This document shows, one piece after another, positions 1 to 12,700 of a stretch of DNA of 56,118 nucleotides; position 1 is the stretch's first letter; every line of letters begins with the position of its first letter. The notes beneath the pieces were generated by a model that saw nothing but the letters and a program-made list of their open reading frames with translations, was not told the DNA's origin and did no database searches. Made by a program: the position numbers and the translations under genes. Source of the stretch: an uncultured Gammaproteobacteria bacterium (GTDB taxonomy: Bacteria > Pseudomonadota > Gammaproteobacteria > Enterobacterales > UBA3532); contig CAXFCR010000003.1 of the NCBI GenBank assembly GCA_964001325.1, positions 1 to 56,118 on the forward strand, written 5' to 3'.

Positions 1-2
1 TG

Positions 3-293
3 GAGGACCTGCGAAAGGAAGCAATGTCACTCCGTAAGCGGTTAAGCTCGCAAGCTTCGAGACACGATCAGCCAACTTCAAGCGAAGTGAAACCTGTTCT
101 TAAGGACAGTATAAGTGTATGCGCTGAAAATGGTAAAACCCTAATCAAGGCGACCAATACACCAGGAGGCGGGATCGCGATTAAGATAGAACCAGAAGCT
201 ATCGCCACAAGCGAGCAAGAGTTCGAGCAGCTTTTTGGTCAGTTAAAAGCACAATTGACCAAAAGCATTGCAAAGAGAGGAGGGCACTGCTAA
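3..293 (+). CDS. 3' end of an upstream gene (hypothetical protein, probably 5'-truncated by the window)
   Basis: Frame 3 is open from base 3 (GAG GAC CTG CGA AAG GAA GCA ATG...) to TAA at 291-293, so the 89-aa ORF 24..293 may be the tail of a longer CDS. Alternatively it starts at ATG 24 with AAGGAA as RBS. No recognisable domain. Confidence 0.5.
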   Translation, partial: EDLRKEAMSLRKRLSSQASRHDQPTSSEVKPVLKDSISVCAENGKTLIKATNTPGGGIAIKIEPEAIATSEQEFEQLFGQLKAQLTKSIAKRGGHC

Positions 294-589
294 CAGGATT
301 CAATAATCTCGAGCTAGTGCCGTCTCGCAGAGCAATTGAGCGATTGCCGACCGCTTGAGCTCTACTCGCATCAACTTCAATGCTTATTGGGCGTTCCAAA
401 AGCGACAATCGAAGGAGCGGCTCAATTCTAAGCTGGCTAGACAAAACGATGAGCTCAGCTCAGCTAATGGATGGCGTCGTCTTAATTAATCTTAAAAGAC
501 CCACAGCCAAAGTAATTTTGCATGCTACTTGATCATAAACTTCGAGCTAAATAAAGTTCGTGATCTCACCCTGCGTTTTTCAATATGTT

Positions 590-618
590 TTGATTACAGA
601 GCTTGGGTAGATTATGAT
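590..618 (+). promoter_or_regulatory. Candidate sigma70 promoter for the giant-protein operon
   Basis: TTGATT (590-595), a 17-nt spacer and TATGAT (613-618) match the consensus at 4/6 and 5/6. It lies ~20-35 nt upstream of the likely start codons (640/652). A weaker candidate, TTGATC-17-TAAAGT, is at 529-557. Confidence 0.5.
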
Positions 619-651
619 TGTGCGCATTTTTCACCGTGTATGGATCTAATC

Positions 652-726
652 GTGCTAACAGGATATAGCTTAATCCGACGGTTACTAGTCACATTTGTGA
701 TTATTGCCGCGATTCCCGCTTTCGCA
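652..726 (+). other. Sec/SPI signal peptide of the giant protein
   Basis: RR n-region, hydrophobic LLVTFVIIAAI, and an A-F-A cleavage motif ending at 726. Confidence 0.75.
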
Positions 727-3700
727 ACTCAACCAGATATAGATATTCGAGTCCGCTCTTCGTTAAGCTCCTCGGCAAAAGAAATATTCTATACTCTTAC
801 AATAAGCGATTGTTCTCAAATAAAGACGGCGTTACTCAAAAGTGGTAATAATGTCATCAACTCGCTTGTAGCTGCTGACTTTGTGCACGGTTCTACAGGA
901 GCCAGTTGCTACCATGATTTCGAGCTTGAAAGTGGTGACAAGTTAACACCGACCGTAGACCTTGATTTTTTTAACGCGATACCTCCACTAACTTATTCAG
1001 AAACGTTTAAAGTTGAGTACGAAAAGCCATCACTATCAATAGATTCTGTTGCCCTTATTGCCGTTGATAGTGGTCAAGAGCTGGTTGTAACATTCAGTGC
1101 TGATGACGATATTGACGGTGATGTTTCCTATCTATCTGCATCGGTAACCGGCGTTAGGGCATCTATCTTGAGAAAGTTTGGCGGTGTTCTCGATGAAGCA
1201 AAGCAGCGCTCTTTTGCCAGTAGCAAGGGAGCACAAACTCTATATCCTACGATAGATGATCAAACCCAATATACTCTTTCTATCCCAGTTACTGAGTCTC
1301 TGAGTGGGGAAGAGATCGCTCATGATGGCTTAGTTTTAATAGATGCATCGGTAGTCGACGCATCAGGTAATGCAACTTCTAGCTCAAAAATCGCCTTTAC
1401 TGGTGGGGATGTTCACGAAAATGCGCTAAGTCTCATAGCATTTCCTAAGGCTATTTCATTCACAAACATGCTACAAACCGCCACGGTTATTCCGAGTGTT
1501 GAGTTTCAATTTCGCGGTTTAACGCCATTACCTGGAGCGGGCAGTGGGGTAAGTTATCAGTCCAGTCACCCAGATTACATAAGTGTTCAACCAAATGGGG
1601 TAGTTGTTCCTCTTAAAGAGCTAAAAGATGATCTGGGAGTCCCTATTCAAGCGACTATAAGCGTTGCATACGAAAATCTCGAACCCGTGCATATCCCAGT
1701 CACTACGGATTTGAGTAAAAAGCTGACAGGATTAGAGTTTGTTCTAGATGATGAGGGCTCCGCTGAGTTTGTCCTACCAAGCTTGAATTCCTGGTATGGA
1801 ATCCCTGATGTAATGGCCCTTTTTGACGATGGTACAACCGCAGAAATTAGTAAGCAGTTTCCGTTGCAGTATTCGTTAAATGCAGGATATGAAAATATAT
1901 TTGATTTAAACGAATTTCTAAAGCTTAGAGCTATTGCCGCTATTCCAGTAGAACATGGGGCTACCCTAAGTGTCGCGCTTAAAAATAAGCCAGAAATAAA
2001 TACCGTTATACCAATAGCATCAAAAGATGCTATGCCTACCGTGGAGCTGGTTGCCGATAAGCAAGTAGAAGTTGGATCTAATATCGATGTGATCGCTAAG
2101 GCTAAGGATGATGTTGGTATTGAGCGAGTTGAGTTTTATGTAAACGATGCGCTTTCAGGTACGACAGTTACTGCCCCTTATAAATTATCGTTAACGACGA
2201 CCGACTTAATGATAAATAGCACCCTGACTGTATTCGTCAAAGTTTATGATACTGAAGGAAAGCTCGTTGAGTCCGCTCCTGTCAGTATTAATATTGTAAG
2301 TAAACAGGCCGACGAAATACCTGTATTAATACTTGATGAGCCCAGGGAGCTTCAACGGTACGTTGAGGGTGGAGTCATTCGCTATCAATTTAGCTACAAA
2401 CTGGGAAGTCTAAATACGCCAGAGACACTTGAACTAGGCTCTGGAATCAATTCTGTTGATTACTACCTTGATGGCAAAAACGTTGGTGTAGCAGCATATC
2501 CTTACTTCGAGGAGCGTGAGGAGTTTGGAGATGTTGTACTGTACGAAGTTTGGCGCTTAGATAGTCGAGTTCCGGAAATAGCTACTGAAGAGACATCGTT
2601 TGCGTTTTATGCCGTGTTACACAAAGGTAAAGCTGAGAAACAAACGGCATCTACAGTCATTCGAGTAATAGAAAATACACCCGCTCAAATAAATTTCATT
2701 TCTCCAGTTCCGGGTCAATTATTGACTGAAGGGCAATCAATCAGCATTGATGTTGAAATTACCGATGATAATTTGGCATCGGGCTTGGAGCTTGATTTCT
2801 TAGTTGATGGTGAGGAATATGATGATTTCACTTATACCAAGCGAGTTGAGCCTGGAACTTCACTGGTTGATAACGCATTAGACCGAGAGTCAATATCACA
2901 CTCTTTTACCTACGCCGTGCCAGAAGCAAAAGTTGGTACCTCTGTAAAGTTTGAGGTGGTGGTCATTGATGGGAATGGCGCTGTTAGCCAAGCTCCACCA
3001 CTATTGCTGCAGGTTAAAGAAGACTCATCTCCACAAGTCGCTATTTCTAAGCCTATTAACGGGGCTGAATTTGTCTCTGGTTTACCCATTGAAATTGTTG
3101 CCGATGCAGTGGACGACTTGAAAGTATCAAGGGTTGATTTTTTCGTTAACGATAGCCTTGTTGGATCAGATGGCTTTCCGCCTTTTGGCGTAGTTTATCC
3201 TACTGACAAGGTCAGTGAACCGATACGCCTTAACCTGAGGGCGGTAGCTCAGGACAGCACTGGAAAAACTGCCCAAAGCGCAACCGTGGAAGTGACTCTG
3301 GGCCAAGACGAAGAGAAGCCGGTAGTAAATATCGTTGCCCCAGCACTTGATTCCATAGAGAGTGGAGAATTTGTCGCCACGGTAACCGAAAATATTGCAA
3401 CAATTGTCAAAGTCGCAGGGTATGACAATGTTGGTGTTTCAAGGCTTCAACTACGCGGTGTACAGAAGTCGGGCCTAGTATACAATTTAACCGGTAATCT
3501 TGACGATGTAATTGACGGGGATGATTTTAGCCCACAGCCAATTCCAGAAACATTGCGTAGTTTCTCGGCAATAAAACTGCTCAATATCCCTGCTTATGTG
3601 AAAAACGATGAAAACGAGCCGAACTATTATGATATCGAAGCCACTGCTTGGGATGAATCCGGTAACGCTTCCACTCAGGCTATTTCAATCGCCGTTGTTA

Positions 3701-6700
3701 ATGATCAGCTGCCACAAGCAGAGATTTCCACCAATAAGTCCAGGTACCAAATACGGGACGAGATTGTTGCCAATGTATTCGCTAGTGACGACTTGCAGGT
3801 TGACGAAGTAAAAGTAAAGTTTTACTTGGGGGATGGGGATGATAAGCAGTTACTTAAAGAGTTTATCGCTAATAGTAGTGATGGCGATATAGTCATACCT
3901 CAGGGTAAGCGAGTACCTGTCTCTATCCCACTGGCACTAGGAGCCTTCGACTTACCAAATATAGAAAGCAACATTACCCTTGTCTCAACCGTTACCGATA
4001 ATATTGGGCAACAGTCTGAGCCGCAACAGCTTCAGGTCACCGTATTACCTGATCAGGCTTCACCCTTGTTATCGATAACATCGCCAGTGCCAGACTCTTT
4101 AGTCTATGCCGGAAAATCACGAGGGTTCCATTGGCATGCAGAGGATGACAACGGGCTCAAGCAGATTAAAGTTTTTGTAAATGATGAACTTCATAGTGAC
4201 CTGAGTTCTGAAATTGATGCTGGCGCTAAGCGCGTCGCAAGTGGCGTATTCAATCTGACCATCCCAGAAAATAATAGCGTGTTGAAGGTCACAACCTATG
4301 CTAAGGATCTGTATGGCAATGAGCGGCAGGTGGATTGGCTTTATCGTATTATAAAGTCGGACGGACCTGTCATAAAAATACGCCAGCCAGCTCTTAATGC
4401 TAGGTATATTGAAGGAGAGCTGGTATCAGTAACGGCGAATGTTGAAGACTCAATAGGCTTGGCAAACGTCGGCAACCAAGGTAAATGGGTGTATGTCATC
4501 ATCCTTCAGGGGGATGATGAAGTGGAACGCTCTTTAGCACAGCCAACGTCCATTGGCTATTATTCTGGCGCGGTAAGAATTCCTACTCTGGATAGCGCTA
4601 AGCCTTATGAGATTTACGTGGAGGCTAGGAACAAGCTTAACGAAGTGAGTCGCAAGCGGGTCGAAATTGATATTCAGAACGATATAAACGCCCCGCAAGT
4701 TCAGCTCAAAACCCCAAGTGATGATTTGTCATTGTTGCCGCTTCAATCGTTTAAAATTCAGGTTTCAGCTGACGATGATATCTATGTTGATAAATATGAA
4801 CCTGTAATCGTTACCCCCAACCAAGAAGAATTAGTACTAGAATTTTCTTCTTGGCTAGCTGAGGGAGAGATGGAGGAGATTCGTATTCCAAATGCGAATG
4901 GGTTTGGAACGGTCGTGGCTTCGCAGCATTATTATTCGAATGCTGAGGGTAAAGTAAAAATACCATTTGAACTTGGGCAGTTTGCCGGCTCTAACCTTGA
5001 GTTTTTTATCCGAGTAAAAGACAAGGGCGTTAACATTGGTGAAAGTGAGCGAGTAAATATTCACATACTCAAGGATGAAACAAAACCAGTAATTAAAATT
5101 ATTCAACCCAGTGAGGATGTATTAGAGCGCACTCGTCGAACGGCGAATATATCTTTGACTGATAATCTTCGTCTTAAAAGCTACTTGGTCTCAGCTAAAA
5201 CAATTGATGAAGCGCTATGCGATAGCGTCGAGAATGAAGAAGAATTATTCGAATCTGTGGTTCGAGTGAGTATTGAGCTGGATTTAGAATGCCTTTTAGA
5301 TGCTCAGAATACAGGACAATTTATTCTTGATATTGAAGTCAAGGATAGTAGCTCAAATGTTTCCGTCCTTAAGCAGGTAATCGATGTTGTTACAGATGAA
5401 CCCCCAACTGTCGAGTTGGTCGCTACTGAACCAGAAGATACTTTAGTACAAGGGCAAGCCGTAAGTTTTGGAATTAAAGTAATTGACGATACCGGAGTTC
5501 TTTATCCTGGAACTCCTCCATTTGATAATATGGGAGTCAGGGCCTTCGCTGCACTTACCAATCTTCCTGTATCAAAGGTAACTCTATGGCCTGGTTGGAA
5601 TGAACAGTGGAATACCAAAGTTGTTCCGAATATTAAGGTTGCAATAGATGAGCAGGTTGAAAGCTTTGAACTGTTACTCGGAACGCATTCATATTACAAG
5701 CTGGATAATAGCTCTAGTCCGACACTTGAGCACTCACCTATCGAGCACCGTATTGAAAATAATAGGAACGAGCTTAAACGAAACTTTGCTTATCTTGATG
5801 AAGTTCTTTCACTACAGACAGCTGTCGAGGTCAATGAGTATAAGATCGTTCGCTATCAAGATATCAGTTGTGAAGAAGTTGTTGCTGAAGAGATACTTCG
5901 AGCCGATGAGTTAACGATTAGTAATGTATTGAATAGTAATGTAGCCGCTGCTGATATATTCCCTATTGCAACTGCAGACCTGCCAGTTAAGCGAATTCGA
6001 ATATTAAATAACGCCGTTGCCCCCTTGAAACAGTATAAAGGAGATACGGGGCCTAGGAATGCCGTTGACCAGTTGCAGGTACAGCTGGAGATCCGTGGCG
6101 CTCAAGGCGATTACTTTATTTCCAGCTCATTGGTTTTAGATTACAAAAGTGGCAGATCGGCTGAAGTAGATCACGTTAAATATTTCAACTTGGCCTCCAT
6201 GGTCACCAGTGCTGTGTCCAAAGCGTCGATTATTGCTGCAGGGGTTGATCGCTTCTCTTCTGAGCGCGCTAGCCAGGGAAAAGGTTTAACGGCCACCATT
6301 TCTAGTATGCCTTATTTAAGGGATCTTGAAGAACCTTCGATTATTATAACGACTCCATCCGAGCAAGTTAGCGTTAGACCTAAGCAGGTTGTTAATCTGG
6401 GGTTTGAAGCAAGTGACAATAGCGGCTCGATTGAGACTATCCGTCTGTACCAATACGATAAGCTTATAGAGGAATTCAGCGGGCACATAAACCAAACGGA
6501 ATATAATCTGGATATTACGGTACCTCAAGATATCGGGTTCTCAGAATTCGATCTAACAGTAGAGGTCGTCGATCCGTCGGGTAATAGCTATCGTTCGATG
6601 GTATCTTTGCCTGTTGTGCCCAATGAACCTCCTCAATTAGAAATGGTTTCTTTTGCAACAAGAGATTCAGAAGGTAAGTTAAGAGACATCATTACTGATC

Positions 6701-9700
6701 CCGCCCGAATAAGTTATGGGGAGTTTTGGGTAAGAAGCAGTGAAAAAATTTCATTAGATATCCAGCAAGATGATGATACGGGCCTGGAATCATTGCACCT
6801 ATACAAAATTGAGCAAGATGGTAGTCGCATTCTTATCCATGAAGATGTATACCCATACGGGTGCGGACTTGCGCCATTAACCAGTAATCTGACCTCTGAA
6901 TTGGACTTCCAATTTACAGAAACCAGAGACACGCTATATCAACTGGAGTTGAAAGATATTAATGGCGTAATTACAACGCGAGACTTTCTTGTTCATCCTC
7001 TGGAGAATATGGCACCACAGATCCGCATTACATCGCCGATCGGTAAGAATGGTGCTGAGAACCCTCAGCATATAGCTGAAGGAAAGTTTAATCTTCTATT
7101 CGAAGCAATTGTTACCGACGATGATAATTCACCGCCAGTCGTTGAAGTCTATGCAGAAGGGGCAAAGCTTTATGCGAGCGTCATTTCTTCAGAAGCGTTG
7201 ATTGTCAAAGCGTTGTCCGAGCAGCAGCAAAAAAAGCTGAATGAAATATATGATGTGATCGAGCGGCAGTATGGCAGTGTATTTGCTAATCAGTACGCAT
7301 CACCTAATAGTAAAAACTTACACCTAGTAACACTATCCTTAAACTTGCCAACAACGTTATTGATTGGAAAGTCGGAGCCCAAGCTAGGCGCCACCGCGAC
7401 TGATGCAAGTGGAGCGGTGGGTTCCGACGAAATTACCCTTGTTGTTGTTCCTGACGAAATAGAGCCCGAGTCTGTCTTTATCGATCCCGTTGTTTATGGT
7501 CCAGTTGAGGGTACGGATTTTACCCTTACCTTTTCTGCTTTAGATAACGTTAAGGTCGATAGCATTGAAGTTTATGAGCAGTATGCAATCCGCAGAGGCA
7601 GCGGAAACTACGAATTTTCGGGCTACAGGGAGCAGCCTATTAGGTCTATCTCTAATATACCCAGTAAAGACCGGGTACCGATCACTACCAATAGTATTGA
7701 GGCGCCCATTTATAAACATATTGTCAGCGTCGATAAGATAAAAGATATCGTTGCCAAGTTTGATAGCCTTGTACTAACTGGGAATGAGGTGTACGAGTAT
7801 TGGATTAAAATCCGTTCACAAGATGCCGCTGGTAAAGTCGATGAAATCGAAAAAAGCTTTCTAGTGCGAGTTGATGAAGCGCCGGTTATCGACGTGTTAC
7901 AGCCAGCTAATGCCTCTCAGTTGGTTGAGGGAAGTCATGTTCCGGTACTGGTTAACGCCTTTGATGATGTAGGCATCGATCATGTACGCTTCACTAGTAA
8001 AATAAATGGTGAGGAGATCGAGAGTCTAGTACTTCAAGCTCCACCCTATGGCTTTTCATTGTCGGTTCCTAGTCTCGTTGATAACAATGACCGATTAACC
8101 GTTGAGGTTGAGGCTATTGATCTGTACGGGGCTGAGAGTGGAGATCTGGATAATCATCAGGTAACAGAAACCTTGCATTTCCAGATTGTTCCCGACCAGC
8201 CACCAGCGATTAGTATTGCCAAACCTGTCAATGGTGATGAGGTTTTTGAAGGCGAGCTTCTGCTGGTTCAAGTCAATGCCACTGATGATATCGGTGTTGA
8301 TAGTGTTAGTTTGCATATCGACGGTCTGATTTCTGGAGCCGAATTACTAACAGACAGTATTTTCCCTTTTGAATTTGTCGTTCAAGTGCCTTTTGGCCAA
8401 GCAAATAAGGACCTGTCTCTCTCAGCAACAGTGACAGAAAAACGCAACAGCGAGCCGCGAACCGTCAGTACGTTGGTTCCGACAGTGGTTAACGTTAAGA
8501 AAGATACCTCGCCACCACTGGTAAATATCAAAGCGCCCAAAGAGAGTGGGGTAGAGATACAAGAGCACCGTTCACTGCCCTATCATATTGAGGCAACGGA
8601 TAACGTTAAGGTCAGCTCCATTAATGTGTCTTTATTAGCGGATAAGGACCAGAATGGGTCATTTGATGACAGCGATATGGTCGTTAACCAACTCTTGCTT
8701 AGACCCCCATATGTGGGGGCGATAGAAGTCGGAAATATATTAGAGTATGTCGATACTCCCTCTCTTACTTCGCTGCCTTTAATGTTTAGAGTGAAAGCGA
8801 TTGATGGGGTCGGCAATGAAACCATTGTTGAACGAATGATCGACCTGGTGAAAAATCCACCACCGACAGTAGAAGTAATAAGTGTTATCGATAGGAAAGG
8901 CCGCAATCTTATTAAAGGCTTTGATTTTAAAGGCGAGCCTATCCAGGGCGTCGACTTTGAACTGGTAGAAGGCGTTGAATACTTCTTTATCATAAATGCC
9001 ACCGACCACTATGGCGTTGATTCCGCTAAGGCCTATCTGAACGATACAGGGCTTCAGCCGAGTGAGGAGCATTTATTAGGTGAGGATGTTTCAGTTCCGT
9101 TTCGCTTTATGTATAAAGTGCCTTATGGAAAGGTCGGCGAACGATTGCATGTATTTGGTCAAGCGACAGATATTGATGGCAATGTTAGCGCTATCAGTCC
9201 ATCCATGCTTAGCTTCACGATCAAAGAAGATCAGCCGCCACAAGCAAAAATCATACGTCCGACTTCTGATCAGTCTGTAGTTATTGAAGGCCAAATGATT
9301 GAGGTCTTTGTTGAAGCAAATGATGATTTGGGCCTTGATGGGATTGATAAAGTTGTCTTCTATGTGAATGACATTCCCTATAAAACCGTTTATCAAGACT
9401 ATACCCATCAATCTGGCAATGTTGCTCAGGAAAATATCTATCATGCCAGTCTGGCTCCGCCATTAGGGGTTGACGGGGTTGTTATTCATGCCGTTGCTCA
9501 TGATGTTGCAGGCCACACCACAGAAACCCAAAAAGTGGTGGTAGGGCAAATTGCTGATACAGTGGTTCCTGAGTTAAGCATTCTTCAGCCACCTAATGGC
9601 GAAATATTAACGGCCTCACAAAGTATTCAAGTCGTTGCTTCCGTCACCGATATCGGTATCGAAGAAGAACGTCACGTGTTTTACCAGTTCGTACGCGAAT

Positions 9701-12700
9701 ATCGTGATGAAGTAGGTGAATGGCAAACGATTTATGAAAAAGAAAAGGCCGAGTTACTTCGTGATGATGTTGTTACTGAGGGCAGCTCCAAGCCAATCTC
9801 ACAACCAGATAAAAATTATTATGTTTACCATACTGTTTTTGGTGGTAGTGATGAGGATAACGATGGGCAAGAAGACATCCTGAATAGAGAGTCGTATGCG
9901 CAAGAGCGAGTGCGTCTCACAGTTCGTGTTGAAACCAAAGGGCATATAGTAGAGGCACATTCGCTGCATGAGGTTGGCCAGCCTGTTACAGAGAACCGCT
10001 TTTTACTAGGAGCGAAAGATAACGCCGGTTGGGTTAGCGCCGATGAGCGGGCTTTAGCGCGAAGTGTTTATTATAACGCTATCACTCAGTATCGAGATCA
10101 ATCGCTGTCAGGGCCGATGTTGGCTGCGTGGTCGACCGCTTCCCCCTTTGCTTTTGAGTCGGGATTAAAGCTTGTGGATCTTTCTGAAGAATACTCTGCG
10201 GCTCCATATAAAGAAATGACTGGGATTGGCAATATCGATTTGGGCAATGATCTTTTTGACATAGACCCAGAGCCGGATGTGGATACCATAGGCAAAGATC
10301 TGGGCCACTTTTTATTCGAAGAAAGCCTTGTCCGCAATGCCGAGGTGTTCCGTGGAACCATCACAGCAATGGTCGCTGATCAAACATTGGTTTACGCAGG
10401 TAAATCCGGTGTATTTGAAACACCGAAAGATAACCACCCATATATCTATTCTATGCTAGAAACGGTTAATAAAGATAACGATTCTCCGGTTGACCTTAAC
10501 GAGTGGATTGATACTAATCAGGCTGGCGAGCTTTTATTATTTAACAATCATAATGCGGAGGATGACTTTGGGCTGGCTTACCGGTTGGATGGTAGGGTCG
10601 ATCTTCCTTACCGTGACGTTTATGGTTTGGCTAAATCAGGGGAGCTGGTTTTCGTTGCCAATGGCCATGGCGGTGTGCAGGTCATCAATGTTTCAAGTAT
10701 AAAAGCACCTTATCATGTCGGCTATATTAAGCCGAATGGTTTTACGAGAGATGTTGCTATATACAATGGCTACGCGTTTATAGCTGCTTCACACGAGGGG
10801 GTGGTTATTGCAGATATCCGAGACCCGTCGATGCCCATTGTTGGCAAGATTGACACCTTTGGTATTGCCAACCGATTAACCCGTCAAGGTGATCTGTTGT
10901 ATGTTACCAATATGTCAGGTGATGGCTTTATCAGTCAGCTTGATATTCTCGATGTATCTTATCCATTGACGCCAAAGTTTAAACGTTCGGTCGAGCTTAT
11001 TCCAAATCGACAGGATTTCGTTTCGGATGGGGTTTTTGATGTTGAAATAGTAGGGAATAGAGCCTATGCATCAGTCCTATATTCTGATCAGGAAGATAAA
11101 CCTGCCCAGTCTGTGGTAGAAATCATCAATCTGGATACGATCGATGATCCTTTTATTGATTCTACCATTCCGTCGGTTGTTCACCGACAGGCCAGCCAGG
11201 ATGATATTGGCGTTCATGATATCGAATATGCACGTGGCGCAATCCGAATGGCGGCAGGGCATGAGGGTATTGCAAAGCTGGATCTGAACCGGCTAGATGT
11301 TCTTGAGCACTATCCTCAAACAGCCCAAACTCAAGTTGTAACCGACCAGGCAGTTAACCTTACCTTCTCTATCTCGCTAAACAATAGCTACAGTGCTGAA
11401 GATGTTGCCCAACATATTAATATTTATAAAGATGCTATTGGCCAAGGAAACGATGGCATTATTCTAGGCCAAAAGGTTGATTCAACAAACTATCAGGTTA
11501 ACTTTGTCACCAGAGAGAATAATGGCAGCGTTGAAACAAGCCTCAGACAGATGGTTATCACATGGCAAAATGACTGGCAATTGGAGCCAGGCCATCGTTA
11601 TTTTGTTGAGGTGACCAAGGGGCTTGAGCCGTTGTCAGGTGGCTACGCCATGCTCTCTGATTACGTATTTTATTTCGACACGGTTCTAGCAACTGGCGTC
11701 CAGTTACCAGATATAACGAGCATTGCACCCAAGATGGGGGGAATAGGCGGTGGTACGCTTATCGCCGTTACGGGTTGTTACTTTGGCGATAATCCAAAGC
11801 TGTTTCTCGCTGGGCAGCAGCTACAAATAAAAGAGCAAAAGATACACAACACGGATAATACCGCGCTCTGCCAGAATGGCGATTTCCCAGTTTCTCTTCG
11901 GGCTAATACAGTCCCCAATTATGCAGGCCCTGCAGCCGTTGTGGTGAAAACCGAGCTTGGTTTGGAAGATGAGGTTGTGGGTGGTTTTACCTATGTAGAT
12001 AATTTAGCTATCAGCTTTGTCGATCCACCTGTTGTTAGGGTTGGGCAAACTGGAGCGAATGATAGGGTAGAAGTGGTTGGGGTTGGTTTTCATCCCGATA
12101 TGACCATAAGTGCTTATCCTACTGGACAGCCCGAGTTCATTCAGTCCTTTGGAATGCAAGGAGATGGTATTACCCTATATAGCGCTGAAAGTTTTACTTG
12201 GAAAGTACCTGATTTTAGCGAAGTTATGGGTGAGTCTTATCGTGGTTTTGTAGATATCGTGGTCGAGGATAGTGATGGCCGCTATGTGCTTGAGCAGGGC
12301 CTATTTTATGGCAAGCTTGAGGTTAATCAGCGCATTGAGACCATGGATAAGCTACGCGACGATGGGTTGATCGATCCAACTGTATTGCCAGCAAGGTATA
12401 TTCGTGACTTGGCCGTTGACGAGTCCTTGGGCATCGTTTATGTATTGGGTGGGGCCAGTATGGGCACCCAATCCACTGGGCTAAAAGATATCTATTCTAA
12501 AGCTGACTTGGAAAGGACCTTACCTGGCTGGATCAGCTTGGTGAAGTATGATCCGAGCGATTTATCTGTAGCTGCGCCCATGCACGGCCTTGGATATTAT
12601 GATATGCCGCAGGATTTGCAGCCGGTGGCTATGGCGCTTTCTGAAAAGCAACTGTATGTTTCAGTCTGGGGCTATCAGCTTAATTACATTGATACACCCT

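Noticed and set aside
199-444. 81-aa minus-strand ORF
   Set aside because: It has a TTG start, overlaps the plus-strand ORF, and shows no recognisable motif.
451-466. GAGCTCAGCTCAGCTA short tandem repeat and scattered GAGCT words in the intergenic region
   Set aside because: Too short and irregularly spaced to be iterons, a CRISPR array or an operator array.
529-639. TTG 529 as the start of the giant ORF (as given in the track)
   Set aside because: There is no RBS, the extra 37-41 aa would bury the signal peptide, and the best promoter candidate (590-618) lies downstream of it.
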